Source: the human T2T-CHM13v2.0 reference genome, Homo sapiens. From it: DNA of 64,000 bases. Positions 43,155-57,132 of this stretch are shown here, in pieces (positions within the stretch are counted from its first letter, which is position 1; each line of letters begins with the position of its first letter). The notes under the pieces were generated by a model that searched no databases, had not been told where the DNA came from, and was given only the letters and a program-made list of their open reading frames with translations. A program made the position numbers and the translations under genes. Location of the stretch: assembly GCF_009914755.1 (NCBI RefSeq), contig NC_060944.1; one strand, 5' to 3'.

Positions 43155-43580
43155 TGTATTAACTGATTTTGCTGCAGTAACAGAAACTCTAATTTCAGTG
43201 ACTTCCAGAAACAAACATGCATTTCTTGCTAATGTGCTGTGCCTCTGCTCCATGTGCCCTCTGTTTCCAGACTCAGGCTGAAGGAACCCCTCCCACGGAG
43301 GGAACATCATTCTCTTGACAAGGGGCAGATGCAAGAGAACTGGTGGCATCTCAGGATTCTTTCTGAAACTTCTGCCTGAACACAGCATACATCAGGTCTT
43401 TTCTCCCCATCCCATTGGGCAGGTATGTGACAAGACCATGCCCAAAGGCCAAGGGGCAGCGATGTGTATGCCACATCCGAGGAAGCCCTGCTCATCTCGT
43501 GGAATGGGGCTGGGGCATATAACCCTCTTGTAGGGAAGGGGACAGTAAAAAAGTGAATGAATACAATCAACTGCATCCAC
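43155..43580 (-). mobile_element. MLT1 (ERVL-MaLR) solo LTR
   Basis: 'tgtattaactgattttgctgcagtaacagaaactctaatttcagtgacttcc...gaaacttctgcctgaa...ccattgggcagg...catccaca'. Confidence 0.7.
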
Positions 43581-46500
43581 AGAATTCTCCTAAGTGATGT
43601 AATCTGCAGGGAATGGTGTGGACAAGAGTGTCTACAGATGGAGGCTTCTGAGGGCAGGTGAAGGCAAGGAGTCAGGATGGCAGGCAAAGCTGCAAGACAG
43701 AGAAAGTGTGCAATTTTCACAGGGTTATGAGATTTGGATTTTCTTAAGCCAAGCACAGAATCATGGATTGAGAGAGAAGGAAGTCCATGTGGACATCTGT
43801 CATTTTTGGGCTACCAGAGTTTCCCCCTTCTGAATGACATCTTCTAAATGGCACCCACTTCTGAATGGCACCTCAAATTGCTCTGGCAAAATATTTCCTC
43901 TCCATTTCTGAAAAAGAAACAACTTCCCCAAGAGAAGTGCACAACAGTGGTCTCCAGAATTTTCTTAATCGCCCACTTCCTCTTACCACCACAATGCAGC
44001 TGGCCACCAACTTTTGACGAATCCGACTCCTTTCTAGTATTTTACACATTGAGTGTGTTGCTTCCCAGATGCTGGTAGGAGTGATGGCTACAGCTCACAC
44101 CCCACATGTGGCAGCACTGTCGCACAAAAGGTCCTCCTTCCCTCTAGGTCTCATGGAGTTTCCCTTCCTGGCCCCCACCCTTCCTCTTTGACTCTGAAGT
44201 TGACCAGTGATTTCTACAGCAAGGGACTAAAGTGGGCTGCCTGGTACAGGGCCATAGAGATTAGAAGAAAGTTTTGATTCCTCAGTATTCATTTATGCAG
44301 GAGTGATGCTTGGCATTGAGAATCAGAAAACTTTTGCTTTTGTAGCAAAACAATGAATGACTGAAGTGTTGAGTAGCTTGTCATAGGTTAATTGGTGCAG
44401 AACTGCACCTGGAATACAAGTGCCCCCCACTCTACTGCATGGGTGGGCCTGAGCCGGCTCCAAGAATAAAGGAAGTGGTGCAGAAGGCTAGGGCATTCCA
44501 GAATAATGTGGATGGTTCTAGACAGAGTAGAGATCATGCTAACCAGAATAAGAAAATTGTATTAGTGGAGCATAAGAAATGACATCAGATAGAGACATTC
44601 AGGCAAAATTTTGAGTGATGTTTACAAAATAATTGTAATAGCATAGACAATAATTATGCTAAAATGTTAAATGAAAAAAGACACACATTTGCTCTGATAT
44701 ATTTTACTCGAATAGAATGAAAAAATTATGTACACAAGAGCTTGGAGTGACTTCAGATAAAAGTATGAGTGACTATCTTTTTCATTGTTCTACCTTTATG
44801 TGGTATCCTATTCTTCTGCAAGGAGCATGAATCACTCTTATAAAGGAGGATAAAATCTTTGAAAATTAAAGTTGTTCAAGAGTAAACAACAGAAAGCCAG
44901 AGAAGGAATGACTTTATAAACAAAATGCTTTGTGCAGTCAACCTTCAGATGATTTTTCAGGTCTGTCGTTTCTCTCAAAGAGATGAATACTCCGGGCCTG
45001 CCTAAGACAGGGTGGAAGCTCTGCAGCTTCAGCCAATCTTTGCTACAGTTAGGATGAGTGAGGATGTTCACCTGGATAGAATAACACCTGGATTTCTTCC
45101 GCTTTCTGTGTACAGTGCTTTGTCTTTTCCTTTGTCCCTCAGTAGTAGTTTGTAGCATCTGTACAATAGCTGGCAAGGGATGCAACTGTTCCTAAATGTA
45201 AAAACAGGAAGACACAAAGGTTTCTGAATGATGTGCTGTGGTCTCTTTTTGACAAGGAAGAATGTAAAGGGAACAAAACTGGTGCTGGTGGAAAGAGGCA
45301 CTACACAGCAGCTGCTGGAAAACTGAGTGGAGGCCATCTTCCTTGCTCCTTGTCACTTGTGGGAAAATCTCCAAAAGCTGCCATAGAACGAGAGGTGGAA
45401 CCATTTAGGATGGCAGCCAAACACCTGCAGATCCTCGTGATTATACTGCATTCTGTGGCTGTGGATGAAAGTTTGGCCACTTTGTTTCCTTTTTATTGTA
45501 AGTAATGAATGATGTTTTTAGAGAGTGCTTTGAATTTCTACTGACTTGCAAATGAGTATCTTACCTGAGATGGACATTGCATATTTCTGAGAGCTATTCT
45601 TTAAGACTCTATTCTTTAAGGACTTTTGTGTTCTTTGGAAATTGATACCAAGGAAACAAACATAAAGACACCAAAGTGAGGTACATTAATATATAGAAAG
45701 TGACCACATTTATTGCATTCCCTGTGAAAGCAAGATGCTCAAATACACATCTTTAACCCCTACACAGGGAGCATCTAATACATACAGTGGCTGTCACTCC
45801 TCTCCAATCCCAGGCTGAAGGCCGGCACTGCTACCCATTACAACTCTCTTTGTTACTAAGCCAGGACTGACCTCATAATGAAATGGCCCTGGGTGGTGAA
45901 TGCCAATAAATCAGAGTTACCCAAGAGGTGATGCCTCTTTGACATGCCCTCCCACCCTGAGTTTGCTAAAACTACCAGCAAAAGGAAAGACTTCAAACAG
46001 CAGGAGTTGCTAGTTGTTTGTCAAAATACATTTGCTCCTTCTTTAGTCGAAGGTGCAGATACAGCTCCAGGATCCCTTTCAGTTCTTGTGGGCATAGAAC
46101 TAAATTCTGCCCACTGTGATGTGAGCAGAAAGGATGTGAACAGTCCTCTGGGTTCAAAAGGAGAGGAGCCCTCTTCTTCCTTCTCACTGGCTGAGGGATA
46201 AAGAAGCTAAAGCAGCCACTTTGCACCGAAAGACAGAAGCCAGGCTTTGAGAATGGAAAATTATCTACCTGAGGGAGAAGTGAACTTCTGTCTTGTGCCA
46301 GCCGCTGGATATGGGGTCTCCTGTTACAGTGGCACAGCCTGTACCTCTTCCAATACATGTGACCAGCAGGAGAATCCCCTTTCTTTGCTTTTCTCTGGGG
46401 CTCCTTGCTCTGTTCCAACTCTCTCGACAGCCCTCCATGATCTCAAGGCTTGAGAAAATAGAGTAGCTTTCTTATAAAAATATCAAGGATTGCTGCTTTG

Positions 46501-47689
46501 GAACGAAAAGCTGAAAAGAAGTGAATATATGCAAGTCATAAATCAGGAAAAGGGGAAAATACTGACTCCATTCCTGCCTTTGGCCCTGTGTGTGGTCCAG
46601 GAGGTTGAAGAAAGTTACAGTCCTCAATGGACAGAGGAGTGAGGAACCCAGATTCACCGGGTACTGGCAAATTTATACTTTGCACAAGGTTTTCTCGTTA
46701 ATTTTTTTTCTGATTAAATGAGATCTAATCTGAAGTTGCTTTTTAATGCACACTTTTGTTATGTGACTGTGTTTTCATTCCTGCCCCAGTAATTTTCTTT
46801 ACTTGTGGCAACTTTCTTTGATATTGGAGAACATCAATGTCTCCAAATCTCCATTCTAATCAACAAGAAAAAAAAAATAGAGACAGGGCTGAATTGTTCA
46901 TTGCTGATTTAAAAATAAACATTTTTTAAAAATCCACATTTGTATTCCACTCTAGTTTGCCTAACATTCTTTTTCTAATGGGAAGAAAGCAGCATATGCA
47001 GAGACTGGGTGCAGACACTCCACCCTCACCGGGAGGAGGGAAACTGGCCTTTTTCAAAATAGGAAAAATCTTCCTTTGTTATGAGCAATTTCCTAGTGAC
47101 AGAGGCAACCATCTATAGACATTTGTCATGTTTTCTAGAACCTACTCTTTGGACAACAAGCAATTGCCCAGGTGGGAGAGAAACATGGGGTGTGAACAGG
47201 AGACAATCACATTGCCTCTCATTATGGCATCTGCATCCCTCCCCAGCTGGGCAACTCCGTATGGCCAGAAGCTCCTGTTGTTTTCTGCCTCAGATGACCC
47301 AGTGGTGATGCACTGAGAAAACACCGCTGTCCATTGGGTCCAACACAATTCCTGTTGAATGAGGAAAGGAGAAACAGTTGGTTTGGACCCTCTGACTCCC
47401 AAATGCCATTTTTGCTAAGTATGTAAGAAGCTAGAAAGTCTTACCCAGGATTTGACATCTGAGTCAAGAGCTCAAAAGTCAATAATGTGACCTGAACCTG
47501 AACCTTCGCGAACAGCTTCCAACGCCTGGCTGAGAAGAAAGGGCTCGTGGGGTATTTGGTTGCATTTCTCTTGGCCACAAAGGATCCTGGTTGTTTCAAG
47601 TTCCTCTATTTGAAGTGCACATTTCCTGTTGTTTTAATTTGCTTGTGAGTGCACCTCCTGAGAACCTGGTCTCTGTTTCATTCACTTTC

Positions 47690-47853
47690 CGTGCATTCCT
47701 CTTTCTATGCTTGATGCTGCAGCTTGTATTGTTTTCCTCCCCTTCTCTCTCTTTCCTACTCCCCTCCTGGTGTTCTGAGATCATCTCCCAGGTGAATTAC
47801 CTGCACTCACATCTTTGTCACAGGCCTGCTTTCGGGGCAATCCAAGCTAAGAA
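47690..47853 (+). mobile_element. ERVL LTR 3' end fragment, followed by (CA)n to ~47904
   Basis: 'gatcatctcccaggtgaattacctgcactcacatctttgtcacaggcctgctttcggggcaatccaagctaaga'. Confidence 0.55.
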
Positions 47854-48374
47854 CACACACAGACACACACACACACGTACACACACACACACACTCGCAC
47901 ACACGTTTTGAACAAGCTCAGGGAACAAGAGCAGATATGCAAAAAATACAATTTTCTTTATTTTTAGAGACAATTTATTACTTTCAGCCCTGATTCTCAC
48001 TGGTGTCTAAAGGAAATTAAGATTAACTCAACCTTCTTACCCATGATCCTCCCAGGAGTGTGTGTTACTCTAGGAACCTTCAGCACTGTGTTTAACAACT
48101 GGTCTCTAAAGGCTCATTCTTGGGTGTCCTCGCCTTGTCCTGGAGTCCATCAGCTCAGCACACCATGTCTGGGCACATCCTACTGTTCCCATGGCATGTT
48201 GGGTGGAAGTTTACAGAAATAAGGCATATATATACTTACCTTATATATATTTACATTTATATATATAAAGTATATGTACATTTACATTTAAAATTTACAC
48301 AGTTTTATCCCAACAAGCAGCAGTTCAAATATCATTCTAGATGTCATGATTTTTTTTCCCTAATTGTGTGTCTT

Positions 48375-48496
48375 GTTTTTTTGAGACAGGGTCTTTCCAT
48401 GTTGCCTAGGCTGGTCTTGAACTGGGCTCAAGTGATTCTCCTGCCTCAGCCTCCCAAGTAACTGGGATTACAGGTGTGCACCATCATGCTTGGCTA
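48375..48496 (-). mobile_element. FLAM_C/AluJ left monomer
   Basis: 'gagacagggtctttccatgttgcctaggctggtcttgaactgggctcaagtgattctcctgcctcagcc', with TSD-like 'ccctaatt' on both sides. Confidence 0.88.
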
Positions 48497-49161
48497 TTCC
48501 CCTAATTCTTAAATGTTGGTGGCCAGAAAAAGCACTTGGCATTTCTAAACTCCATTGTCTGAGGTCTGAAATGGGGCCCAGGAATCTGTATGTTTCAAGG
48601 GCCCAGGAATCTGTATGTTTAACAGTGCCCAGGTTAGGAAGCTCATGGGAAGAACATAATGAAGTCTAATAAAATAAATTTCTGATCAGACATGTCTTAC
48701 ATCCCAGCTCTCATCTTTTTTGGCGGAATGATCTTGGGGGAGGAACTTAATCACCCTACCTCTCAATTTCTTCAACACCAAAGTGGAGATCAGAGTGCCT
48801 ACTTCTCAAGTTTATTCTGAGGATGTAATGAGGTTGTAACAGTGAAACACAGAATTCACATATTTGTTCAGCACAAATATGTGCTGGACACACGTCATCC
48901 AGGAGCTCTGGGACAGGCTCTGAGCAGTGCTGTGCCTTCAAGAAATAAACAAGGGAAGTGAAGTCCCTGAAGGTGTGTGCTTGACATAAAGAAAGTGCTC
49001 ATGGCTTTTGGAAGAGAACTAAAACAGGCTGTTCCTGGGGACCCTGGCCTTTCAGCTCAATCCCACTTCCCAGGAAAGGCACCTGGGATTTGGATTTATT
49101 GATGCACGACCAAGCGACATGAATTAATTTGAGATCTTTTATGTAAATGGCATCATCCAGG

Positions 49162-49560
49162 TGCAGTTTTAGTTTAGGCTCTCTCAGCAGCACACCCTGT
49201 CCTGCCCAAGGTTCAACTGGGAGGAGGCACTCCCAGGAGAAACTGGCAAGGGATCTGGGAGCAGGACAGGGAAAGGAAGGAAGTGAAATGAGGGTATGAT
49301 TTCAGGTGAAGTCTCAGCCTCTGCGTGATTCCCTAGGGAGCTCTTAACAGTAAGTTATAAGGCAGAGTTTTTGGTCAAGGGGGTGAAGGGTCTCTGTCTG
49401 TGTTTTCAAGGATGTTCCAGTGCCCATGGGCAATCTCTGAAGATTGTAAATGAACCCTCATCAGCAGAGCTTGCAGCTGCTGGGAAACAGGGGCACAGAG
49501 CTGGTTTAAAAAGGGCTCCAAAGGCCTCTGGCCAGGCACCACAACCAACTGCCCACTACA
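49162..49560 (-). mobile_element. ERVL LTR (LTR67B/LTR41-like)
   Basis: 'gttttagtttaggctctctcagcagcacaccctg...tcccaggagaaactggcaaggg...gcaggacagggaaagg...gcccactaca'. Confidence 0.55.
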
Positions 49561-49579
49561 GATGTGGGCCCAGGTGTTC

Positions 49580-50410
49580 CGGCTCCACTCCCAGGGCTTC
49601 TGCTCCAACTCTTGCTTTGGATTCTAAGTGGATGACCCACCTTAAAGCCTTGGAGCTTTAGTGTCCCCATGATTAAAATGGGGGCTATGATGGAAACCCA
49701 TACCTTGTAGTCTCATGCAAACAATAAAAAGTCTTGCAGTTTAAAAATCATGATGAATCATTGTACTACCATCCTCATTTTCCACCTATGTAAACAGATG
49801 CAGCAAGTATCACCTGCCCAAGATTGCACAGCTGTTAAATCACAGTAGCAGTCGCCTTCATCCAAGGTTTGCCGTGTGCCGGGCAGTCTTCCAAGGGCTT
49901 TACATCAGTTATCACACTTAATCCTCAAACAACATATGAATTAACATTATGGTTAGCCCTGCTGAAGGGATATTAAAAATAATAATAATAATAATAAATA
50001 ACTTGCCTAAGATCCAAAACTAGTGGACACAGAGCTGGATTTTGAACCCAAGTCTGTTTCACTAAATTGGTCAGCTCCACCACATTCTCTCTAGTATTTG
50101 ATTATTTAGGTGACTCTGGGATCCTTTCCTATCTACCCTGGTATCTCCAGTATCTGGCAGACTAATTAGACATTTGTACACATTTGCAAGAAGTAAATAA
50201 TTTTGAAACCACCTTGAAACACTTTGGCCTATAATTGTAACTTGGACTAGAATGAGCCCAACAACAACAAATTTGTGAAAATCAGCCTTATTAACTCATT
50301 CAAGAAAAATATATTGGGCGCCCAGTACAGGCTTGGCATTGTGTTGAGTATTGCAGGAACAAGGGTGGAATCAGATCTATTTTCCCAGCCCACATGAGGC
50401 CCAAGGAGTT
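49580..50410. mobile_element. Cluster of MIR and L2 fragments
   Basis: MIR cores ('ataacttgcctaagatccaaaactagtggacacagagctggattttgaacccaagtctg') and an L2 end ('ctcattcaagaaaaatatattgggcgcccagtacaggcttggcattgtgttgag'). Confidence 0.65.
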
Positions 50411-52311
50411 GAGCAGGGCTGTTCATTTAGAAGGTTCCCATGCTCCCACCATGGTGTCTGACAATGGGCCTCTGGCACGGGCCTGGCCAGTGTGTGCTGT
50501 ACAGTCCTGACACTGCGCCAGAGGAGACTCGGGTCCATCTTTCCACTTTTGGCATATTGGCAATTGAACTATATTCCTTTTCTCTTCTCCTTTCCCTCTC
50601 CCCTTCTTTCCCTATGATTATCAGAGGCAAATATCTCAGAGAGTTATAATTAGAAGAAATTGAGCAGAGGGTGGGGGAAGGGGATATTGTTTCAGAAATA
50701 ATTCTGAGTCACTGGATCAGGTTTCTCAATGTGGAACATGCCATGAAAATATTCTCTTACATCAAGAATTAGAATCACTTCCTGCAACTCCTATGTGTCT
50801 TTATAATTAGTAACTGTTAAGTATTTCTAGAAGAGAGGGTTTTCTTTGAATTGTTTACCTTTTTCTGCATCTGTGTTTTCTATCTGATGGGCAAAAACAC
50901 GTGTTGCTTTTTAATGAAAGAAAAAGTAACGTAAACATGTTTTCTTTTGTCCTCCTCTCAGGTTTGGTGAGTAATTGTGGTGATGAATTGTTTTTCATTC
51001 TATGGCGAGGATGAAAAGGACACTTTCTTTGCTTCTTCACCTCTGCCCCACAATGGAGAGCGGCAGCGCCTCTGAAGGCAAGGGGAGTGGGGTTTCCGAA
51101 TCCCCAGGAGAAAACACAGGTCTCTGCTGCGGCGGTCTGGTCCAGAGAACCTACATCCGGAGGCTTTCATTTCCTCATCTGTACCATCTCCCAAACAGAC
51201 ATTTCTGAGAGTGAAAAGAGGCACCATTAGAATTAGCCTGGGTTAGCCAGAAAGGAGGTGGTCTTGGGCAAAACTAGATGTGATGCGATCCCAGGGGACT
51301 CTAGGGTCTCTCCCAGCTGAGACATCCTAAATTATGAAAATGCAAGGCCCATTCTGTATCCCACAAGGGCCTGAGTAAGCTCCGTGAGCCATCATAAGCT
51401 GCCAACCTTTAGCTGCACAAGAGAAATGAACTCTGTAGGGGACATATCCAATTCCGATTTAAATTTAATCTGTGTGGTCAATTATTTGTGTAATAATGGA
51501 GGAAAATAAAGTCTATTTCACAAAAGTCAACTCTGTAATTTTAGAGCCTTTAAGACATTTGAAAATGCCTTGTGCAATTATGTGGCGCTTAATACTCAGA
51601 TAATGGAACAATGAAAGATGTATGTTTGCATTTTGTAAAATTAAACTGTATGCAGTTATTTATCTTTTACCTTAATTGTTTGAGCTTGTTTCTAATGTAA
51701 ACTGTTGTAATTTTAAATAAATATAATAGAAAAAACTTTCATAGGTATCAAGAATCCAGAGTAAATTTACTTTGCAAATAGGCTTTGTAGGTATGTTTTA
51801 TGCTGAGGATCTTAAACTGACACTTTCATTCAAAAATATTTTGAATTACTCACTGTTTGCCTCTCTGAGGTCAGACAGATTGCAAGGAGACTAGATTTCA
51901 CAATGGAGTTTGGGTGACTTCATCTTATTCCAAAGCCTGAAATATGATAAATGTATGAAATAAATATGTGAGAAGATTGAAAGTGCATTATTGATTGACT
52001 TTTTAAGTACATTGATCTTTATGCTTTTATTTTTCTGTTTTTATTCTTGGTTCCATTTTACATGCTCAATTTGTTCTCCCCTCTAGTCATATTTTTCATC
52101 TACTTAACTTTGTTAGCTTGATATATTATGGAGGTTTCAGATTTGGGGATAGATAAGGCAAATTATGGTATATGAATACCTTTGATAATATATAAAATCG
52201 TCAGTATAAGACAAATATACTATTGTTTAAATTCCAATGCTGTGAGTCGTCCTGCTGTGATATTCACAGCATGACTATAAATGTGTGTATGATAAATAAA
52301 AGAAAGAGGGA

Positions 52312-52679
<368 letters not shown>

Positions 52680-52729
52680 TCACCCAGTCCCCTGGGTCAG
52701 TTGGTTTGATATCACTTCAGGGTCACTGA

Positions 52730-52865
52730 GAGTAGGGCAGAGTCCTTAGGAGCGTGAACCTGGAATCCAGATTCAAGTCCAGCTCTGCCTTTTACTGGCT
52801 GTGGGACCTCACCCATGTCATCTGAATTCTCCATGCCTCAGTTTCCTTATCTGTAAAACAGGTCA
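52730..52865 (+). mobile_element. MIR
   Basis: 'attcaagtccagctctgccttttactggctgtgggacctc...atgcctcagtttccttatctgtaaaa'. Confidence 0.8.
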
Positions 52866-52952
52866 TGAAGAAGAAGGGTCATTTGTTTTTTAATGAAAAT
52901 TTATGTATTAATATATTTAAAAATACTTTAACCATCATCTGGCATATATTAA

Positions 52953-52987
<35 letters not shown>

Positions 52988-53119
52988 CACCTTAGATAAC
53001 ATTTTATTGTTAAATCATTTCAGATTTACAGAAAATTTGCAAAAATGTACAAAGAACTGCTCTAAGTTGCTCACCAAGATTCACTAGTTGTTTATATTTT
53101 GACATATTTGCTTTAGACA

Positions 53120-53730
53120 TCATAGTTTTATTTTGCTATGTAACAAATTATCACAAATTTAGTATCTTAAAACAATACACTTTTATTACCTTGCAATTTC
53201 TATGGGTCAAGAGTACAGGTACAGGTTAGCAGAGATCTCTATTCAGGGTCTCACCAGGCTGACTTTAAGGTGTTAGCTGGAGCTATTCTCTCACCTGAGG
53301 CTAAGGGCCCTCTTCCAAGCTCACTTTTTACTGGTCAAATTTAGTTCCTTGTGGTTGTAGGACTCATGAGGTTCCCCATTTTCTCACCAGATATCAGCCA
53401 GGGATCAGGCTTAACTCCTAGAGGCTTCCTGGCATTTCCTGCTGAGTGGCTCTTCCCATACTCCCACAACATGTTGGCTTGCTCTCCAGCAGCATGGAGT
53501 CTTTCTGATGCTTCACCTTCATCTAATGGGCTCACCTGCTTAGGCAAGGTGCACCCAGGATCACTTCCCTTTGGATTAACTCAAAGTCAACTGATGAGTA
53601 ATCAAATCATGGGAGTGGTCTCCCATCATATGCATACATTCTGCTCAAACCCATGGAGAAGCAATTAATTTCTACACCCTGTGTACCAGGGTGTAGAAAG
53701 CTTGGGAACTATCTTAGAATTCTACTATAT
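53120..53730 (-). mobile_element. MLT1E/F-type solo LTR
   Basis: 'tgctatgtaacaaattatcacaaatttagtatcttaaaacaatac...cagggtctcaccaggctg...gggaactatcttagaattctac'. Confidence 0.8.
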
Positions 53731-53935
53731 TCATATTTTTTCCCGAGCTGTTTGAGAGTAAGATACAAACATAATGCCTCATCATCCCCAAATAATTTAG
53801 TATGTATTTTCTGTGATCTAGGACATTCTTTTACAGAACTATAGCATAATTAAAATCAGAATTTAACATTAGTATATTACTACTTAGAGACCTTACTCAT
53901 GTGTTGTAAATTATCCCGAAATTATCCTTTATATT

Positions 53936-54098
53936 AAATATATATATGTATATATATGTGTGTGTATATATATATATGTATATATATGTATATATGTATA
54001 TATATGTGTATATATGTATATATGTATATATATGTGTATATATGTATATATATGTGTATATATATGTGTATATATATATGTGTGTGTATATATATATA

Positions 54099-54157
<59 letters not shown>

Positions 54158-54173
54158 ATATATATATATATAT
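53936..54173. repeat. Compound (TA)n/(TG)n microsatellite
   Basis: ~240 bp of alternating purine-pyrimidine; it is the source of the spurious YI/VC ORFs. Confidence 0.98.
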
Positions 54174-54899
54174 TCCAGGAAACAATTCAATCACATATGT
54201 TGTATTTGATTATCATCATTCTTCAGTCTCTTTTAAATCTGGAATAGTTCCTTAATCTGTTTTGCTTTTTATGACCTTGACACTTTTGAAGAAGATAGGC
54301 CACTTGTTTTATAGAATAGCCCTCATTTGGATTTTGTCTGGTATTTCCTCATAATGAGAGGTAATTGATGCGTTTTCACCAGGAAAATTGTGGAAGTGAG
54401 GTTTTATCCTCCTCAGTGTATCATATCAAGAGACACATAATGTGAGTTTGTCCAGTTACTTATGATCATATGGTTAAGATGGTGTCTGCCAGATTCGTTG
54501 CCATAAAGTTAGTTTCCATATAGTTACTTCTACTAATTATTATCAAAAATAAGCATTGTCCAGGGAAAAAGAGTTGATAAAAAAAGCAAAAATAATGAAT
54601 GATTGTTGCGCATTTCTCTACAGGCCACAAAGCACTTGGCACGTAAACCTTAGACAGTTAGAGAACTCATCTGAGTTTGGGCATCTGTCTACCAGGCTCC
54701 CAAACCCTTGTCTTTCAAGTGTCCTGTCCCTTGATTATGGAGTTCTCCCTCTTATCAAGATTCTCTCTCTCTCTGCTGAATGATTCTTAATACCACATCA
54801 TTACACCTTAGTTTGTTTCATCAAAAAGTGTATCAACAACGTCTTCAAAAGAGTTGCTTACACTCACAGTCTTAATCTACTTGGCATAGCTCTGAGCAG

Positions 54900-55470
54900 G
54901 CTCCTGTCCTCAGCATACCAACAAGAACAAAACAGATCTTATTAAGGTCACCAAGACTCCCCATGACATTAAATCCAAAGGACATTTTTTTCTATCTTCA
55001 TCATTTTTGATTATCAACGGAATCCAACACAGCCAGCCACAATCTCCTTGAAACATCCCCAATCTTGCCTTCTCTAGCAGCACATTTTGTGGGTTTCCTC
55101 CTGTCTCACTGGCTATTCCTTTGGAGTCTTAAACATTACCTGGGAGGGCCACTGGATTGACTCATCTCTGCTCCCCAGGGCCTCTCATCCTCCAGCAGGC
55201 TAGCCCAGGCAACTGCCCATGGCCCTGGCTGGGTTCCAAATGAGTAACAGCATGCAATGCCTCTTAAGCCTAAGCTTGTTTTGCCCCCCAAACCCCAACA
55301 TTTCTGCAGCATTCTATAGGGCATAGTGAGTCACAGGGGAAGCCCTTATTCATAGGGAAGGAAATAGATTTGGGAAGACTTGCAAAGTCACATTTCAGAA
55401 GATGTAAATACAGGGAGCTGTGGAGAATTGGCACCATTCTTGAAATTAATCTATCTACTCTTAATCCACC
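54900..55470. mobile_element. L2 fragment (~54900-55130) and antisense MLT1 fragment (~55135-55470)
   Basis: L2-like 'aaggtcaccaagactccccatgacattaaatccaaaggacattttt'; MLT1-like 'agtcacaggggaagcccttattcatagggaaggaaatagatt...gcaaagtcacatt'. Confidence 0.6.
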
Positions 55471-56539
55471 AAAAATAATTCCAGGATAAGAATCATGAAC
55501 TGTTCCTTCTGCTTTGTATCTGGGGTCAGGTACAGTTCCATGGTTCTCACAGCTCCTGACACATACTCAGATTTTCTCAAGTTTTTCTGTAAAAGACATC
55601 AGCTTCTCCCACACCTCTGCAATTTCCTCGTGATGTTGAACTTCATTGATTTCTCTTTTTGCCAGCCTTTGCATCACACCAAGTTCCAAGGCTGGTGAAC
55701 AATGTGAGGAGGAAGTGGAGGTAAAGGGGGCACCTTGTAGGCACTCAGTCAAGCAATATGATCATGAGTTCAACTTCATTCAAATTTGAATCTTCTTTCT
55801 AACTTCACCCAGCTCAGATGAATTACTTTTTTTCTGCCATATTCACTTGTTCTTGTTGAAAAACTGAGATTATTTTTTCCTTTGGTTGAAGAATCCTCTG
55901 TCCCTCTATTATTTTGATTTATTTCTTTTCCTTCCTGAGTGATTTCTTTCTGAAGATAAGTCCAAATTTACAAGCCAAGTAGAATTAGAAATGAAGATTG
56001 TTTTTCTTCTTTTACTAAAAGAGAATATAACCAAACTGTACATGAATTGGAGAAGGGCTGCCCATCACATCCTTCCTGCAGATTACAGTATCCATGAAGG
56101 CCATGAGACCCACCTAAGCATCTTCTTTCTTGGAGTATCATTGGAATCTCCCAGGTTATTTAGAAATACACACGTCCAGTGACCCCTACCTATGGTAACC
56201 TTCTACCCTGGAGACATTGGATATTAAGAGGTGAGCTCTTCTGTAGGTTCTGGGATTCGAGATAGTAAGATATCCTATTCTACAGGAGACAGCCTCTCCT
56301 TGAAGACAGATGGGTGTAACAGTCACAAAGCAATGATAAAAGTTCAGTCCCACATGTCACCAGAAGTGTTCTAAGGGCATCCATGAAGGTGGGGAGGAAA
56401 AGTGAGGTATGGGACATAAGACCAACCGCTCTATGAGTGGTTCAAGGTTCAGGTAGCTTTTGACAGTGTTTATGAGCTGTGTGAGGGTGAAGAAGTCCCT
56501 TTCAATAGAGAGGAGATACAGTAGTGCAGTCATATTTGA

Positions 56540-56820
56540 CCTTTCAAAAAATGTGGGATAGCATATAAAATATGCTACCTATTTTGTAAGAAAGGGGAAA
56601 GTAAAAATCTATGTTTGAATGCGCTTGTGTGTGCTAAAAATCTTGGATGATTACATGAGAAACTAAGAACAAGGATTATCCAATCAGAGTCTTGGTATAT
56701 GGGACCAGAAGGGAGATAATTTTACAGATATAAATAATGGATAATTTTATTCTATATCTTTTGACATTTTCTATTTTTTGAACCATGTCTAAACTGCTCA
56801 TTTAAAAATTTTAAGTTTGA
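56540..56820 (+). mobile_element. L1ME-type 3'UTR fragment
   Basis: 'aaatatgctacctattttgtaaga...tcttggatgattacatgagaaacta...tttttgaaccatgt'. Confidence 0.55.
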
Positions 56821-57095
56821 GGATCTACACATAATATTAGCTCTACTCTTATCCATCTATAGAGAAAATATTTAAAGACAGACTGTTACTGTGAACTCAG
56901 CAAGATTTTTACATTAATTGTATTTTATCAATCACAGTAGCGTTTATCTGTTTGATATAGAATGGTGCAAATCACTTTAAGACAGACCATGTATGCGGGC
57001 CATGGATGATGCTTAGAGCATGTATGATTTGTGGACCCTGTAGTGACTCCTTCTCATGCCACTTCCCAGGGACATCATGGCCTTCTGCAAAGAGG

Positions 57096-57132
<37 letters not shown>

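Larger units (their letters stand above)
52995..54510 (-). mobile_element. L1MC-type 3'UTR, interrupted by an MLT1 LTR and a microsatellite
   Basis: 'aatcattttcagatttacagaaaatttgcaaaaatgtacaaagaac' ... 'atgaccttgacacttttgaagaagataggccacttgttttatagaat'. Confidence 0.75.

Noticed and set aside
53897-54255. Overlapping YI/VC-rich ORFs on both strands
   Set aside because: Artefact of the stop-free TA/TG microsatellite.
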